Shown here: one piece after another, positions 43,801 to 56,446 of the stretch
Position numbering within the stretch: position 1 is the stretch's first letter
Layout: every line of letters begins with the position of its first letter
From: Amphiscolops sp. MND2022
Lineage: Eukaryota
Length of the DNA stretch: 64,000 nucleotides
Reading direction: 5' to 3'
Assembly: GCA_964187785.1 (NCBI GenBank)
Contig: OZ076409.1
Span: forward strand, 95,978,001-96,042,000
The notes under the pieces: model-generated
The model's input: only the letters and a program-made list of their open reading frames with translations
Database searches by the model: none
What the model was told of the DNA's origin: nothing
Translations under genes and position numbers: made by a program

Positions 43801-46800
43801 TCTTCATGGAGGTCAGATCTACCAAGACTTGGTAGGAACGGAGGAAGTTTCGACCCAACAGAAAGTCCTCCACGCCCATTGCGTCATCTACCACGACGAA
43901 ATTGGTTTCGAGTTCATACCCTCCCAACTGGAAGCGTATCTGCTCAGCCAACCCGAAAGTCTTTATTGTCTTCCCATTGGCAGCGTACAAATCAATTTGA
44001 TAGGGTTTCAGGACCGCTCCGGTCCGTGCAGCTACCCGGTTGAAGGCGGAGAAGGTTAGTATGGATACTCCGGAACCAGTGTCCACTAGGCCTCGCAGTG
44101 GGATAGGTGCTGCATGGGGCACCACAAAGGAGACAACGAGCGATGCACGCTCATCTATTCGCGCTTCCCCGGTGGGTTCTTGGTGGTTGATATTATAGCA
44201 TTTCAGTTCTTGAGGTCCCAAGCATAAGCCGGGTGGGAATACATCTACCACCACACAGGCCTCGAACTTCACGTCCACGCCGTCCATCGTTGCACAGACT
44301 GGTACTGGCGAGTATGTAGTCAGGGTCTCCGATTCTCCAGGGACGTGCCACTGTTTTGGGCGGGGCAATTCCATCCGGTTATAGAGGACAGATAGCTCAA
44401 CCCAGAGTTTCGCCAAGGTTAGCGTTGGTCTACGCACCTGCTCGGCTGCCAGCATAAGATGAATCGAGATCAACGTTCTCCCTTGTGGATCGAACGTTGT
44501 AGGCTCCAAGCACGTCTGAATCTGCTTTGTCCCACATGTAACTATTAGTGGGGGGTGAAACGCTGGGGGCTCCGCTGGGTGTAGCATTAACACGCGATCA
44601 TCTTCCAGGGGTACCGTGTGGGCGGCCACATCGGCGGATTCCACCTCGGCCCATCGATTGTAGGCCAATTCATCATTAGGCCTCGGAGCTTGAGAATGCT
44701 CACTACAGGGGACATCCACATGGCCATAGACTCCACAGTGCGCACACTGATGAATGCCTGGATAGCTCTCCAACACGCCATCAGTTACGTCTTCAGCAGT
44801 GACTTTCACGCCTTCTGGTTCAGGAGCTGCCACTGGTTTGCGAGCTTCATCGCGGGTGGGACAGTCCCGGGCAAAATGCCCAGCTTGACCGCAATTATAG
44901 CACGCGCCAACGGGCAGGCGTGCCGCAGGCTGCACTGCTGCTTGATTGGGGGGGAGCATTACTCGCAGGTGGGGGAGGCATTACTCCTTGTGGTAATACC
45001 ATTTTGTTGGGGGGTAGTGGCGCGAAGGGATGAGGTCGAGGCCTCATCGCTAGTCTGGGGTCATAGGGTTGAGGGAATTGGTTAGGTTTGGGACGGTTGC
45101 GCTGCAATTGGCGGGTGGTGAAGCGGAGGGATTCCACCGTAGGTGGCTCGGTCAGGAAGACTTCCGAGGCATACACTATGGCCAGCTCCCGCCTCAGCGC
45201 TGGGTCTCGTACACCTTCCATGAAGCGCTGGAGGATTTCATAGCGCTTGGTGGTGATTGCCTCTTGTGGGAATCCTTGACTCCGAAGACCCTCTAGAGCG
45301 TCTAAATACTGCATCCAGTCTTCTTTCTCTTGTTGAATGCGGCTCTGGAAAGCTTGTCGCACTTGCATACGGTTTCCTCCAGCGCCAAAGCGGCTGGATA
45401 ACAATTCGAACACCTTCTCAGGGGTGTCACGTTCGGATTCCGCTTTGTTAATGATGTAGTTGCGGGCTTCACCCTCAAGGTGACCGATGATGCTCCAAGC
45501 CTGGTCCTCGGCTGAGACCTTGGTTTGCGTTCTCTTCAGGTATCTCTGCATAATAAGGATCCACCCATCAATGGTTCCGTCTTTGGACCCGCGATACACA
45601 TTGGGCCTCGCCTGAGCCAAGTCTCTGCCGGCGAGTAAGGGCGCTAACTCTTTTGACATCGCCTTTGATATGGCGGCCGTGAATCTCAGCTGCTCGGGGG
45701 GTATGGCTTCTCCTTCATCGGCCTTGGCCTCCCCCTCGCGCGTCCTGTCATGACTACCAAGAGTGGCTTGTATCGACAGGTCAGCGATTTCGTCCTTTTT
45801 ACGAGTGCTGCTAGCACAGGGAGTGCCCGAGGGCAATCCATGATCGGCTGACAAGTCTGCAGTCAAGTATAGGGAATCTGGTCCTGACATCGAAATAGGG
45901 GCAGTTGCAAACGTTGCTCCCTCGGTTTGAGAGCCTAGGGTTGCTTTGGTGTTAGATAGGTCGACTTCAACCGAGGAATCAAGATAGATGATTCTGCTGA
46001 GTCGTGATGTCCCCTCATCTGCACTCGTGCAGGCTTGCGCTCTGCCTCAGGCGTGGCTATCACCAAATTTCCGGCTACTCCTTCATCTTTCCGGGGCGCA
46101 GGCACTGCCGGCCTGGAAGTGCTAGGCTTTAGCGCGCTCGGCAGTTCCGATTTCACTACCTGGCTCGGGCACGTCGGCTCCGAGACACGGACTGTACCTC
46201 CATTCCGCACGCCTCCACTTGCACTGGGCTGCCGCGGGAGTGACCTCTCACGCCTCATGACATCAATGGCATTGAGTACCGTGTGCATCTGATTGCTCAA
46301 GTTGTTGATCTGCGTTTCCACGCGCAACTCGCGAGCCATCAACGTGTCATTCATCTCTCCTATCCGGTGACCCAATGTGTCCACTCGAGCATTTTGCACA
46401 TTCTGCGCGGTGCGTAATTGATCGCTGACCTGCAGGCCTTCACGCATCGTCGTCTGCATTACTTTAATGTTATCTACGATGGCAAGATGTTGCTCATTGC
46501 ATTCAGCACGAGTGCTGGCCAGACCTGCTAGGGCCCGTTGGGTTTCGGCCTGGGCATCCAATAGTGCTGCCTTGTATACTGAAGACCGTTGCGATGAGGC
46601 CAATGAGCCTGTCATACTCCTGACACGGGGTACCTCTTGACGTGGCTCGCCTACCTGTAGTATAGGTGGTCGCACCTTCTTGTGCTTCCCGTAGGCACAG
46701 ACCCGGGTAGGTCCTCGAGTTGTCCCGAGTCCCCGCTGTCGCGCGTAACTCATTCCTCCCACATAAGTGAGGTCCTGCTCCATGTCAGTTTAAGAGCCAA

Positions 46801-47128
46801 GTTGTCTTTCTCCAGCCGGGGGTGCGCGCGAGCACCCTTCCTCAGCCGCCAGTTCATCGGTCACATTCGAATTAGGCCAGCCCTCTTCCACTTCATTAGC
46901 TCTATCGCGGCAGGTTTCGTCGACCCACTGCTCAGTTCGACGCGAATTTGCAGACACACTGGAGTTCTCTGAGGGGGGAACCATAGCGGCCAATTCCTCC
47001 TTTCGCTGTTGTTCGATAGTGACTTCGTCAGACATGTCGTCTGAAAAACGCGAATCCTCTATCGTGACCCATGATTGTGAACCAGTATGGGACACCGCCA
47101 TCGGTTCGGTGGCCAACGCGTTTATCAA
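37805..47128 (-). pseudogene. Element C gag-pro-pol, disrupted
   Basis: In-frame stops at 46790, 42080 and 39983; frameshifts near 45900-46000 and 44950; motifs CYNCGQAGHFARDC, VDTGSG, YIDD, DTDAS, HHCC, DDE and macrodomain-like tail. Confidence 0.93.
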
Positions 47129-47279
47129 TAGCGATCGAGTTACCGCTCACGATTACTCGGCAAACTCAAATTGGGTAGCCGAGCGCACAAGGGTCTTCAA
47201 TTGGAAGCTGATCCCTTGGTCGTCCCGGTGAGCACTTAAGAAATTTGATGGTATTCAACGTCCTCGGTTTTTCGAAACA

Positions 47280-48800
47280 CGTTCTAGAGCTCGTAGGCTG
47301 TTCAAATTTGCACAGCGTTTTTCCACGGGCGCACTGAGCTAGAAAATCAACTTGGTTTGGGGCAAAAAGTCTCCGGTCACTCACAGGGAGAGTTTCAAAG
47401 AATTTTTGAATTTTCCAAAAATCGCACAACAACACCCAAGAGGCTCGTGTGTGCGCTGGAAGCGCTGTATCAAGCCCACAATTGACCAGCGTATCTTAGG
47501 TACACATAGGTTTACGAAAATGAACACAGTTTTGAGCTGCGCTCTTTCTACACAGTTTCACCTAGGTACAGACGTGCGGTACCACTATGTACCGAAATAC
47601 ACTGTTTTTCACGTCTTTTTCAAGATTGCGGTCCACGGGAAAGAGCTAGCAAGCTCAAATTCTCTGCAACAACGTAGGAACTAGCACAAGTTACGATGGT
47701 GGGCTGCAATATAGCCCCACCCGTTGGCTAAGGTGCCCGGGTCACTTGGAAAACTTAAGGAAAAAACTGTCTTTTTGGACACCTTTTTGGGCTCCACGTT
47801 TTTCTATTTTCTCGACAAGTATCAGACAGATCGGCACCAAACTTGGTAGTCTATGCCAGCAGGCACCTACAATGCCACTCAAATGGTCGAATTGAAGCGC
47901 GAGCGCTTATTTGAGGTTTCGACCCACTATGCACGTTGTACACGAAAAAACACTGTTTTTGACTACTTTTTTCACAATTTGACCAAGAGGATCACCTCAA
48001 GAAGTGATACGGCGGGCAAAATGGGACCAACGTGTTGCCCCACTATCCGTAGCACTGGGATAAACCCTCAATTGGTCGTGCCCGTTAGGTATAAGGCACT
48101 GACAGTCCTGTAGTTTTGGATTTTTTCGGCTTTTATGTGCTTTTCTGAAGTCGAAACGTCAGAGAGCTTTTCTCGACTTTGGTGAGCGATACGCTCGCCA
48201 AATTTTCGGCACTAACGTTAATTTTTGTGGTGGTTACGAAAATGCAACCACTTTTTGGCTAGGGTTCAGGAATCGATGATCCGAGCTCAGAGACAGTCCG
48301 GTTTTGTGGAAAATTGACCAAATTCAGTGCGTTTTTCCACCTTTCTCAGCACTGAAAAGGACTTTTTGCACGCGATTTTCACCACAATGCGTTGTTTGTA
48401 TTATAAAAACAGAAAATAGGAGCGCGCGGGCTCCCCGGTCTCGAAAACACTGAGTGCCCCAGAGGTTTTAATGATGCACTCTGGCACTCCTGAAACTGGC
48501 CAAAAATCAAGGTTTTTCAACTTTTCTCAACGCTGAAAAGGAATTTTTGCACGCGGTTTTCACCACAATGCGTCGTTTTTGCTGCTACAATCGAAAATGA
48601 GAGCGCTCGAGCCCGCTCTCTTCGAATAAGCTTTGCTCTGGGTGTTTTTGGTTAATGCACTTTCTCTACTCGGAAATGCCAAAAATCACAAGTTTTTCGC
48701 ACTGTATCAGCCCCAGGCTGCCTGAGTCCGCTACAAAAGTTGCAATTAGTATCCTGAGGGTCAACTACACTTGGGATAGTGCCGTACACTGTCATTTTAC
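47280..48800. repeat. Degenerate ~179-bp periodic repeat in element C leader
   Basis: Clear direct repeat 48341-48432 vs 48521-48612; weaker units near 47301, 47475, 47654, 47836, 48015, 48197, 48731. Confidence 0.7.
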
Positions 48801-49785
48801 ACTTCCACACTCGTGTACGTTCACATTTTGGGTGCCTTTTTGGCCAAATTTCCACTTTTTTCACATTTTTCGGCATCAAATTGGCGCTTTTATCACAATC
48901 AAAGGCTTCAACTTCGCCTTTCGTGCCTCGTGCCGGCTTTCTCGAGCCTTGCAGCTGCTTTTTCAAAACTTTCCACCACACTTTCCTGGCTTCTGTGAGC
49001 ACTAGTGCTCGAAACCAAGAAAAACACCAAAAAAAAACGCAAAAATGAGGTTTTTTTTCCAAGTGCTATCTTTTTCGCAGAAAAGCACTTCGTAGGGTGT
49101 CGTTACATTTATAGTAGAACGTCACTGACCTGCACCAACGATTCTCCATCGAAAGAGGTGTATTTTCAAAATTTTCGCCAACCATACTCCATCTGAGCGA
49201 CTCATCTGGTCATAGGGGGTGCATCTTCACCTCATTATTTCTCCACATCTAGACCAGATAGAAACACGCGGGTGGGACCGTTAGCACCGTCTGTCGTTGT
49301 ACTTGCTGTCCACTAAAAACCATGCCTCTAGGACGTCTCCACGAGAAATGGGAATAGGAAGTAGGCAACACCAGATTTGTCCCCTCCTTCGCCTCGCTGG
49401 AGCATGGTCAACCATCCATCCGTTACCCTCTTGCATGGCATAAAATGGCTGAAAATAGCTCAAAAAAACCTGTTAGACACCCGTAGCCACGTGCTACGGT
49501 CCTCTATACCTGCAAAAAGGTACCCGCTGATGGGTACACAACACATCACACATAAAGAGCGATTTCCTTCTAAAATGCCCAAAAATACCACTTTCGCACC
49601 TGAAAACACGTTTTCTTCGGCATTTTCTCTGGTTCAACGCCTCTCCCAGTTCCAGTAAGACGTAATACGACTAAAAAGAGGTAAAACTCTGCTCTTCTCT
49701 CCTGTCCAGAGTCGAAAACGGGCTTGGCGCTGAACACCAGGGGGCCAGATCTTTTAAAAACCGCTAGGGAAAGCTTCCCAAGACG

Positions 49786-49803
49786 ATCCCTCTGTGGTCG
49801 CCA
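49786..49803 (-). promoter_or_regulatory. PBS of element C (tRNA-Arg-like)
   Basis: TGGCGACCACAGAGGGAT, 15 nt from the LTR end. Confidence 0.85.
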
Positions 49804-49818
49804 AAAAATGAGTTTCTA

Positions 49819-50562
49819 TGTAACGATAAGCGCTGGCGCTTGAACCGCAACGTAGAGTGGAGGAACTAGAACAGCGAATATAATCTGGGACCTAGATCTC
49901 CGCGGCCCTAGCTCATTTTCCCTCCGAAGGAGCCAGTCCCAAGATGGGGGAACCGTCTTGTAGGACGCTCTCTGGCCTGGTCCTAGTCTGTAACTGCTAA
50001 AAGTAACAGGCATCTTGCAAGACTCAAGACCACTGCTCAACTAGCCTTTAAAAATTGGGCTGAAAATCGATGAAGGTTGAACCGTAATATTGGAGAATCT
50101 GATAAAATCGCCAAATTGGATAAACAGATGTCAAACAACAGCTCTCGAGCATATCAATTTACCACATCGAAAAATACAACAAGAAATCAAGAGTTCAGAG
50201 TCATTTGATGAAAATTGACCTCGGGTTCCCAGCGCTAGCGCTAGTTGCCACACAGGACACCGCAGGGATACTCAGGCGAACATCTGGAACACTGGTTTCC
50301 TTTACTGTAGTAATGGATATCTCCTAGAGATTGACACAATACCGTGTTCTGTATGCGTCTGGGACGTCTTTTTTGTCGTCTCCGGTGCTTGTTCGTCGCG
50401 AGCGGCGGTTTCTGCTTTTCTGGGGTGCTTTTTCTGGCAGGTACTTCGTCTTGAGCATGTTTGAGTGCCACGTCAAATTTGAACGAGTTTTTGACAAAAT
50501 TTTCTAAACATGTCGAAGTTGCAAAGTTGGTTGATTTTGCTGTACCAGAGCTTGCCGTTACA
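49819..50562 (-). repeat. 5' LTR of element C
   Basis: 744 bp, TG..CA ends, near-identical to 31715-32458. Confidence 0.97.
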
Positions 50563-50814
50563 GATCGTGTGAATGAAGTTTCTGAACTTGAAGCCATTTC
50601 AGATTTTTTTGAAGCGATGAACTTTTTAACAATCGAGGAAAAAAGAATGATTTCTTTTTCCTGTTCTCCTGGAAAATTTCGATAGCCATCTTTGGCCTTG
50701 CTCAGCTGAGGAGTACGTGAAACTCTGTTTCACCTTAAAATCAGGTTTATTGGATGATTAGTTCCGGAGAATTGTTGATCCTGAAATTATCACATTTCCT
50801 GGAAAACTCTATTG

Positions 50815-51333
50815 AGTTTTACATTCGGGTGTTCATTGATCTTGACCGAGCACCTTAGTTCTTTTCTGTTTTCCCCCCACCATCATAATTTTTTTGGAAA
50901 ATTAGTGAAAATCTTATAACAAATAGACTTGAATACAAACCAGAAAGCTTCAGTTTTAAATTTATTCTCAGGGTGATAGTTTATGATTCAGATACAAACA
51001 TTGTTCACACTTTTTCCCTATGTAGTCACTCATTTTTGATGAAGAAATCAACAGCTTCCTGTTTTGAGTCATCAATAAACACTTAATACGAATATAATTA
51101 TCGTCAAAATGTGTGAACAATGTTTTGTTCAAGCGGAATACTACTCTAATAGAAGTTAACTTCCTGTTATGAAAAAGGTTTTACTTTTAATTAGGCTAGT
51201 CTAAAGTTTTTAAAGAAAGTTATTTTCAAAAATTTTGGTGGTGGGGGTGGGGGTGTGTGGATTTTGGGTAGCTTGAGAAAAGAGCCGAGTTTTACATTCG
51301 GGTGTTCATTGATCTTGACCGAGCACCTTAGTT
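50815..51333 (+). repeat. Pair of ~46-bp direct repeats with an internal hairpin
   Basis: GAGTTTTACATTCGGGTGTTCATTGATCTTGACCGAGCACCTTAGTT at ~50815-50860 and ~51287-51333. Confidence 0.85.
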
Positions 51334-52015
51334 GAGATTGCTTGAACTTTTCACATGCTGCATGGAAACATGCGGCCAATATTTTTAAACAAAACATGAA
51401 AAATCTCAGGAGCCTGCTTGGAGAAATTTTGTAGGTTTCCAATGCAGCTTCAACTATTTTAATTAAGACTGAAATTTTGTCTACTTCTTCACCACCGCGA
51501 TCATTTTGTTTTTACGCGTAAGTTTCTCAAGTAAGTATCTTATGTAAACCGTTAGTCAAATAGCACGCTGACTATGAAGCTACTTTGAAACTTATAATGT
51601 TACTGAAGTTAACTTGAATTGAAATCGGAATAAAATTGATGAAATTCTCAGCTGCTGTCAAAATTAGAACAGCGTCCTAATGAAACCGGCAAAATTTCGG
51701 GCGTTTTTCATTCGACTTCAATTTCATTATTTCATTTGATACTTGAGTTATGTACAATGGCCTTGAAATCGGAAAAATCAGCAAAAAGTGACGCGCGCAT
51801 AACACCGACAAATCATTAAACCTACAATCAAATATTGAGTCAAAAAGCTGACACCAACTATCTGATTGGGTAAAAAGTGTTCATTGAAAAGCCACTGGTT
51901 TCAATACTAATCAATCATACTTGCCTGCCAAATGGCTTGTCAGTTCAATTGCCTGTCGGTGTAACGCCGCATCATTTTCTAGCAAAAGAGAGTCTTGTGC
52001 AAGAACACTCTGCAC

Positions 52016-52504
52016 CAGGGGCTTTCAAAAATTAATTGATTTCCAATTAATTGCAATTAAATTGGTCTAAAATTCAATTGGATAAATTTAGGCAATTAAA
52101 AAATTGATTGATTTCAATACAATTAATTGCAATTAATTGGGAATTACTTTTCAGCCAAACCAAATACCAGAAACTGACAAATTGAAAGTATTTAAGTATG
52201 AAATCTATGTAATAGTTGTTCGTATAAAGGGAATTACAATCATTTACCAGATTTTATTTTGCCAACATCTGATAATATATAAAGGTTTTTCAGTTCTTGC
52301 GGATATGCGTTGCCCATAGACCTTGAAAAGCAACTTTTTTTGAAAGTGAATCATTCTCTCTGGAATATCTGAAGTTCTTATTCCTGAGAGCAGTTAGTTG
52401 CAATTATTCAATTAATTGATTGGTTAGTTTGAGAAAATTCAATTAATTGATTGGGAAGAAAATAATTGATTGGTTTACGTGCAATTAATTTTTGAAAGCC
52501 CCTG
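52016..52504. mobile_element. MITE, hAT-like (8-bp TSD)
   Basis: 23-bp TIR CAGGGGCTTTCAAAAATTAATTG; TSD CTCTGCAC at 52008-52015 and 52505-52512; subterminal AATTAATTG repeats. Confidence 0.92.
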
Positions 52505-52671
52505 CTCTGCACCACAAAATTTTGACTTTTACCATAACAAAAGAAACGCATTTCTCAAGTGAAACTAAGTAGCCCAGTTTTGAATATAGCGAAATGACCA
52601 AATTCTGGTTCTTGAACATGGCGTTTTTAAAACAGCAAAAAGAAATTACTTCATGACTCAGCCTTCCTCAG

Positions 52672-52752
52672 CCCTCCATGTCGGTTGTCGCCAGAACCAG
52701 CCAGAACCAGTCAAGTAGTGGCACGTCGCTCCACTTCGCTTCGCAACTGCAC
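52672..52752 (+). CDS. Candidate exon of Patched-related gene
   Basis: TTCCTCAG acceptor, GTAAGG donor, 27 open codons, GC-rich island; no diagnostic motif. Confidence 0.35.
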
Positions 52753-53478
52753 GTAAGGCACTATAGGCTTGTCTTTTTGCTACACTTCAAAAATTGGGCT
52801 TTTTGTTGTTTTCTTCATTTTGGATTTTGCCTCTTTTCAAATCACCGTTTTATGGACCGAATTTTCAGGGAGGCACAGAGCTGAGAGATTAATTCAGCTG
52901 CGCCTCATGTTTTTCAAGGCGTCTCAAAGTCCGGAAAACAGGAATAGATGTTCGTTACTTTCCACAAAAAAGTGAAAAGAAATAGCTCTCATTTCCAGCA
53001 TTTTTATTCTCATTTTTACAGTTTTTTGGCTCATTACTTTTTTGTTAATCAAACTGCGAAGAAACTCACTGAATCAAATTTCATATCAGATTGGAAATTC
53101 ATATTTTATATAAAGACTGGAACAAAATGCCCAATCAGTTGCGAGATATTTTCGGAGATGGTTTATTCTAGCAATTTTTTGAGGCACTAGCGTAGCCAAT
53201 GAAATCATGACAACGAAAACTTTCAAATGTAGTACAAAATTCAAAAAATATGAAAACTTTGACACAGCTTAGCTCCGTTTAGCACTTTTCTTTCAGGCCA
53301 TTCAAAGTCCCAGTATATAAAAATGGTGTAATGCAAAATTAGTTTCAAAAACACGGCTGAGATGCTAAATTCCAGTTTCTCATGCGAAATACAGGCGAAC
53401 TGATAAAGACTTCAAAATCTGAAATTTTTGACAGTTTCTATGCTGAGTGTTATTTAATCTCTACGAAAGCACTGTGTT

Positions 53479-54075
53479 TTTAGTCGGCGCTTTATCCTAC
53501 CCGACTATAGCAGTGACCTTCTTTTTTCTTCAGACTACAATCCTCACACTGATCGGTCCACTTTTTAGAAACAATCCTGAAACCACCTAAGGCGCCAAGT
53601 CCGGCCAAGGGGCCAAGGCAAACTTTCGTTTTTTACTTTTTCAAGGTAACCTACAAAACCGGACGGGACTAAAGAGCCCCCCTTTCGATTTTTTTCGGCA
53701 CTGTGCTACTTTTTTTCGAAATTTTTTCCGTCTCTAAAGGGTCCCTCCTTTCATTTTTTACTTTTTTTTTAACGTAACCTACAAAACCGACCGAGACTAA
53801 AGGGTCCCCCCTTTTGATTTTTTTGGCATTCTGCAACTTTTTTTTCGAAAATTTTTTTATGTCCCAAAAGGTCCCCCCATTGAGTTTTTTGTTATTTTGC
53901 TTTTGCAACAGAATGCATGTTTATAAATCAAAAAGGGTCCCCTTTTACATTTTTCGGCACTGTTCGAAATTTTCCGAAAGGGAAAAAGTTTCGAAAATTT
54001 CAAGTTTTTTTCCAAAAAAAATGTTTTGCGCTTTTTGAGCCTTAGATATAGCGCCGACTTTAGACGTTCTCGTAA
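53479..54075 (+). mobile_element. DINE-1/HINE-like (Helentron-associated) non-autonomous element
   Basis: Subterminal inverted repeats AGTCGGCGCT/AGCGCCGACT, 5' hairpin AGTCGG..CCGACT, T-rich left flank, internal GGGTCCCCC subrepeats. Confidence 0.65.
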
Positions 54076-54282
54076 TTCAACACGAGTCCGAAAAACACGA
54101 AATGGACAAAACAACCAATTTTAATCAAGACAAAATAGTCAATTGTCTGGATGAGACAAAGTAGACGAATTCTAAAACGGGATCTGAAAAAGGGTAAAAA
54201 CAGCGTTCAAAACTTTTACTCGAAAACAGTAGTCGTAGTTGACCAAAAAGCAAATTTTAACCTGATTTATGCGTTTTGAAAG

Positions 54283-54399
54283 ATAAAATTTCATTTGAAC
54301 CTGCCGCTTGTGATGGCGTTTGGTATCAAATCAACGCGCAAGGAGACAAGTCAGCACCGCTTCCTGGTGTACTACCGATTTAATCGATTAGGACCAATG
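54283..54399 (+). CDS. Candidate exon of Patched-related gene (..LVMAFG..RFLVYYRF..)
   Basis: Resembles the G..RLLYYL segment of Patched-family ectodomain 1; donor position uncertain. Confidence 0.4.
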
Positions 54400-54768
54400 G
54401 TCAACCTGGCTACAGCAACTTACCAAAACATTAAACTTTTAATCCTGAAATATTCTTTCATGTTTTATTCTGATTTGAAATCATGTATTATGATGAATGC
54501 GTTAATGTAAACTACTTCAAACGAAGTTAAATAGAACTGCAGTAAAACTGTTGATTTGAATGATGAGCAAAGTTACTTAACAATAATTAGGAAACGCGTT
54601 CAACTAGTTTTTTGCTCTACGCATTGTTTAAATCATTATTGACCAATCAAATTGCGCTTAGTACATGTACTGTAGTCAGATGGACGTTACGTCCGCAATT
54701 CAGAAGTACCAGCTACATATAGTGCTGAACATGTAGTCAGAATCATGTAGTTCATGTATATTACCGAT

Positions 54769-56446
54769 GGTGACTTCCCATAGCTCCGAATACCCATAGC
54801 TCCGAAAACAATATCGAGTGCCATACCTCCGAAAATTAATTTTAATTGATAAAATAAGCAAATCGAGTAAAGAATGAAAATTTGTTTTCGTTCCAGTCCG
54901 CCCAAATTTTTAAAATCCTGAACCGGTCCTGATTATTAGGTCAAAATGCAAGCTTTGAAGGTTGTTAATTCTGAGCAGGGCAAAATCGTGATTTTCGATA
55001 ATTATCGTAAAACCATCAACAAAAAACACCAATATCTACGTATTTACAATGCTTCAAAAATGCGGGGTTCGGATGGTGGCAAACAGCAATTTGTCAGCGG
55101 TGATAAAATTCCCAGGTTTACATAATCATGAAGAAGAAACTGAGGAAATTCAAAAAGAAAATATTCGCCAGAAAATGATTCAAAAGGTGCAAAAAGACCC
55201 GACGAAACTTTTGAAAGAAATTTATGACAACGTTCTCGAGCGTAACCCAACGGAATCTTGCCCTGAATATCATTCAGTCAAATCATCCCTTTATCGCGAA
55301 CGACATAAAGAACTCCCCCACCACCCCAAATGTTGACTCTGGACATTAGAGGGCGATGGAAAAAAACGTGCCAGATTTTTATTAAAAAACAACCGGTGCT
55401 CTGGTGTTGTTGTTTATGCCGCCCGCCAAATGCTGGAAATACTATCGCAAACTAGCATTATTATTGCAGACGGCACTTTCAAGGCTTGTCCAGAACCGTT
55501 TGAACAAATTTACGTAATTTTCAGGGTCTTCGACGAGCGAAAAACTCCGTTGGTTTTCGCATTTTTAGAAGGGAAAACAACACACCATTATCGGAGATTA
55601 TTTGAAATAATCAATCAAAAATTGGGGAAAATTTCAACATTCTTAATTGGAGCCCTGAGAAAATTATCTCTGATTTTGAGACAGACCTTATTTCGGCTGT
55701 TCAAACAGAATTTCCGAACGCTGTTCATTGGGGCTGTTACTTTCATTTTACTCAAGCAATTTTCCGCCGAGTGCAAAATTCAGGATTGCAGATGGCTTAC
55801 CGGAGGGATGAACAATTAAAATTGTTCTTTAGAAAGTTCATGTCGGTCGGATTTTGCCAATGGATGAAATTGGGGGCTCCATAGTTCGGCTTCTAGAAGA
55901 CCAAGAAACTCAAAGTCTTGTCAGAAGGTATATTGAATTAGAAAATTTTCTACGATATTTTTATAATAGGTGGTTCCGCACCTTTCCCCCAGAAATGTGG
56001 CGCGTTTTTGAGCGACCCTCAAGAGTGCGCACGACAACTAATTGTGAGGGCTGGAACAGTGCCTGGAATAGAAGAAATGGCCGAAAAAGTCCGAATTTTT
56101 GGCTGGCGATACGTTTCCTGAGGAGAGAGGAGAGAATTATCAGGAACACAATTGAAATAATGGAGGCCGGGGCATTGCCACAGCGTCAACGCAAAAAATG
56201 GCGAACCTTGAACTCGCAAATTGATGCCTTATAGTTTTCCTTGACTGCAGGTAACCGGTCTGTAATGAATTATTGGAAAGCTGTTTCATTTGTTTGTAAA
56301 TCAATGTAATTGAATTCAAATAAATGAACGAATTCAGCTTTAGTTTCGGAGTTGTGGCACTAAATTTTAATTCGGAGCTATGGCACTGTGTTTTAATTTC
56401 GGAGATATGGCACTGAATTTCAAATTCGGAGCTATGAATAGTCACC
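54769..56446 (+). mobile_element. MULE/Mutator DNA transposon with decayed transposase
   Basis: TIRs GGTGACT..CATAGCTCCGAA with subrepeats; 9-bp TSD ATTACCGAT (54760-54768, 56447-56455). Confidence 0.93.
54946..56300 (+). pseudogene. MULE DDE transposase, frameshifted
   Basis: IADGTFK..FEQIY, SDFE, GCYFHFTQA, RTTTNCEGWN spread over several frames. Confidence 0.88.

Larger units (their letters stand above)
31715..50562 (-). mobile_element. Full-length giant Ty3/Gypsy LTR retrotransposon (element C, 18848 bp)
   Basis: Two 744-bp TGTAACG..CGTTACA LTRs (3 mismatches seen), PBS, gag-pol and ORF3 collinear with element A. Confidence 0.97.
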
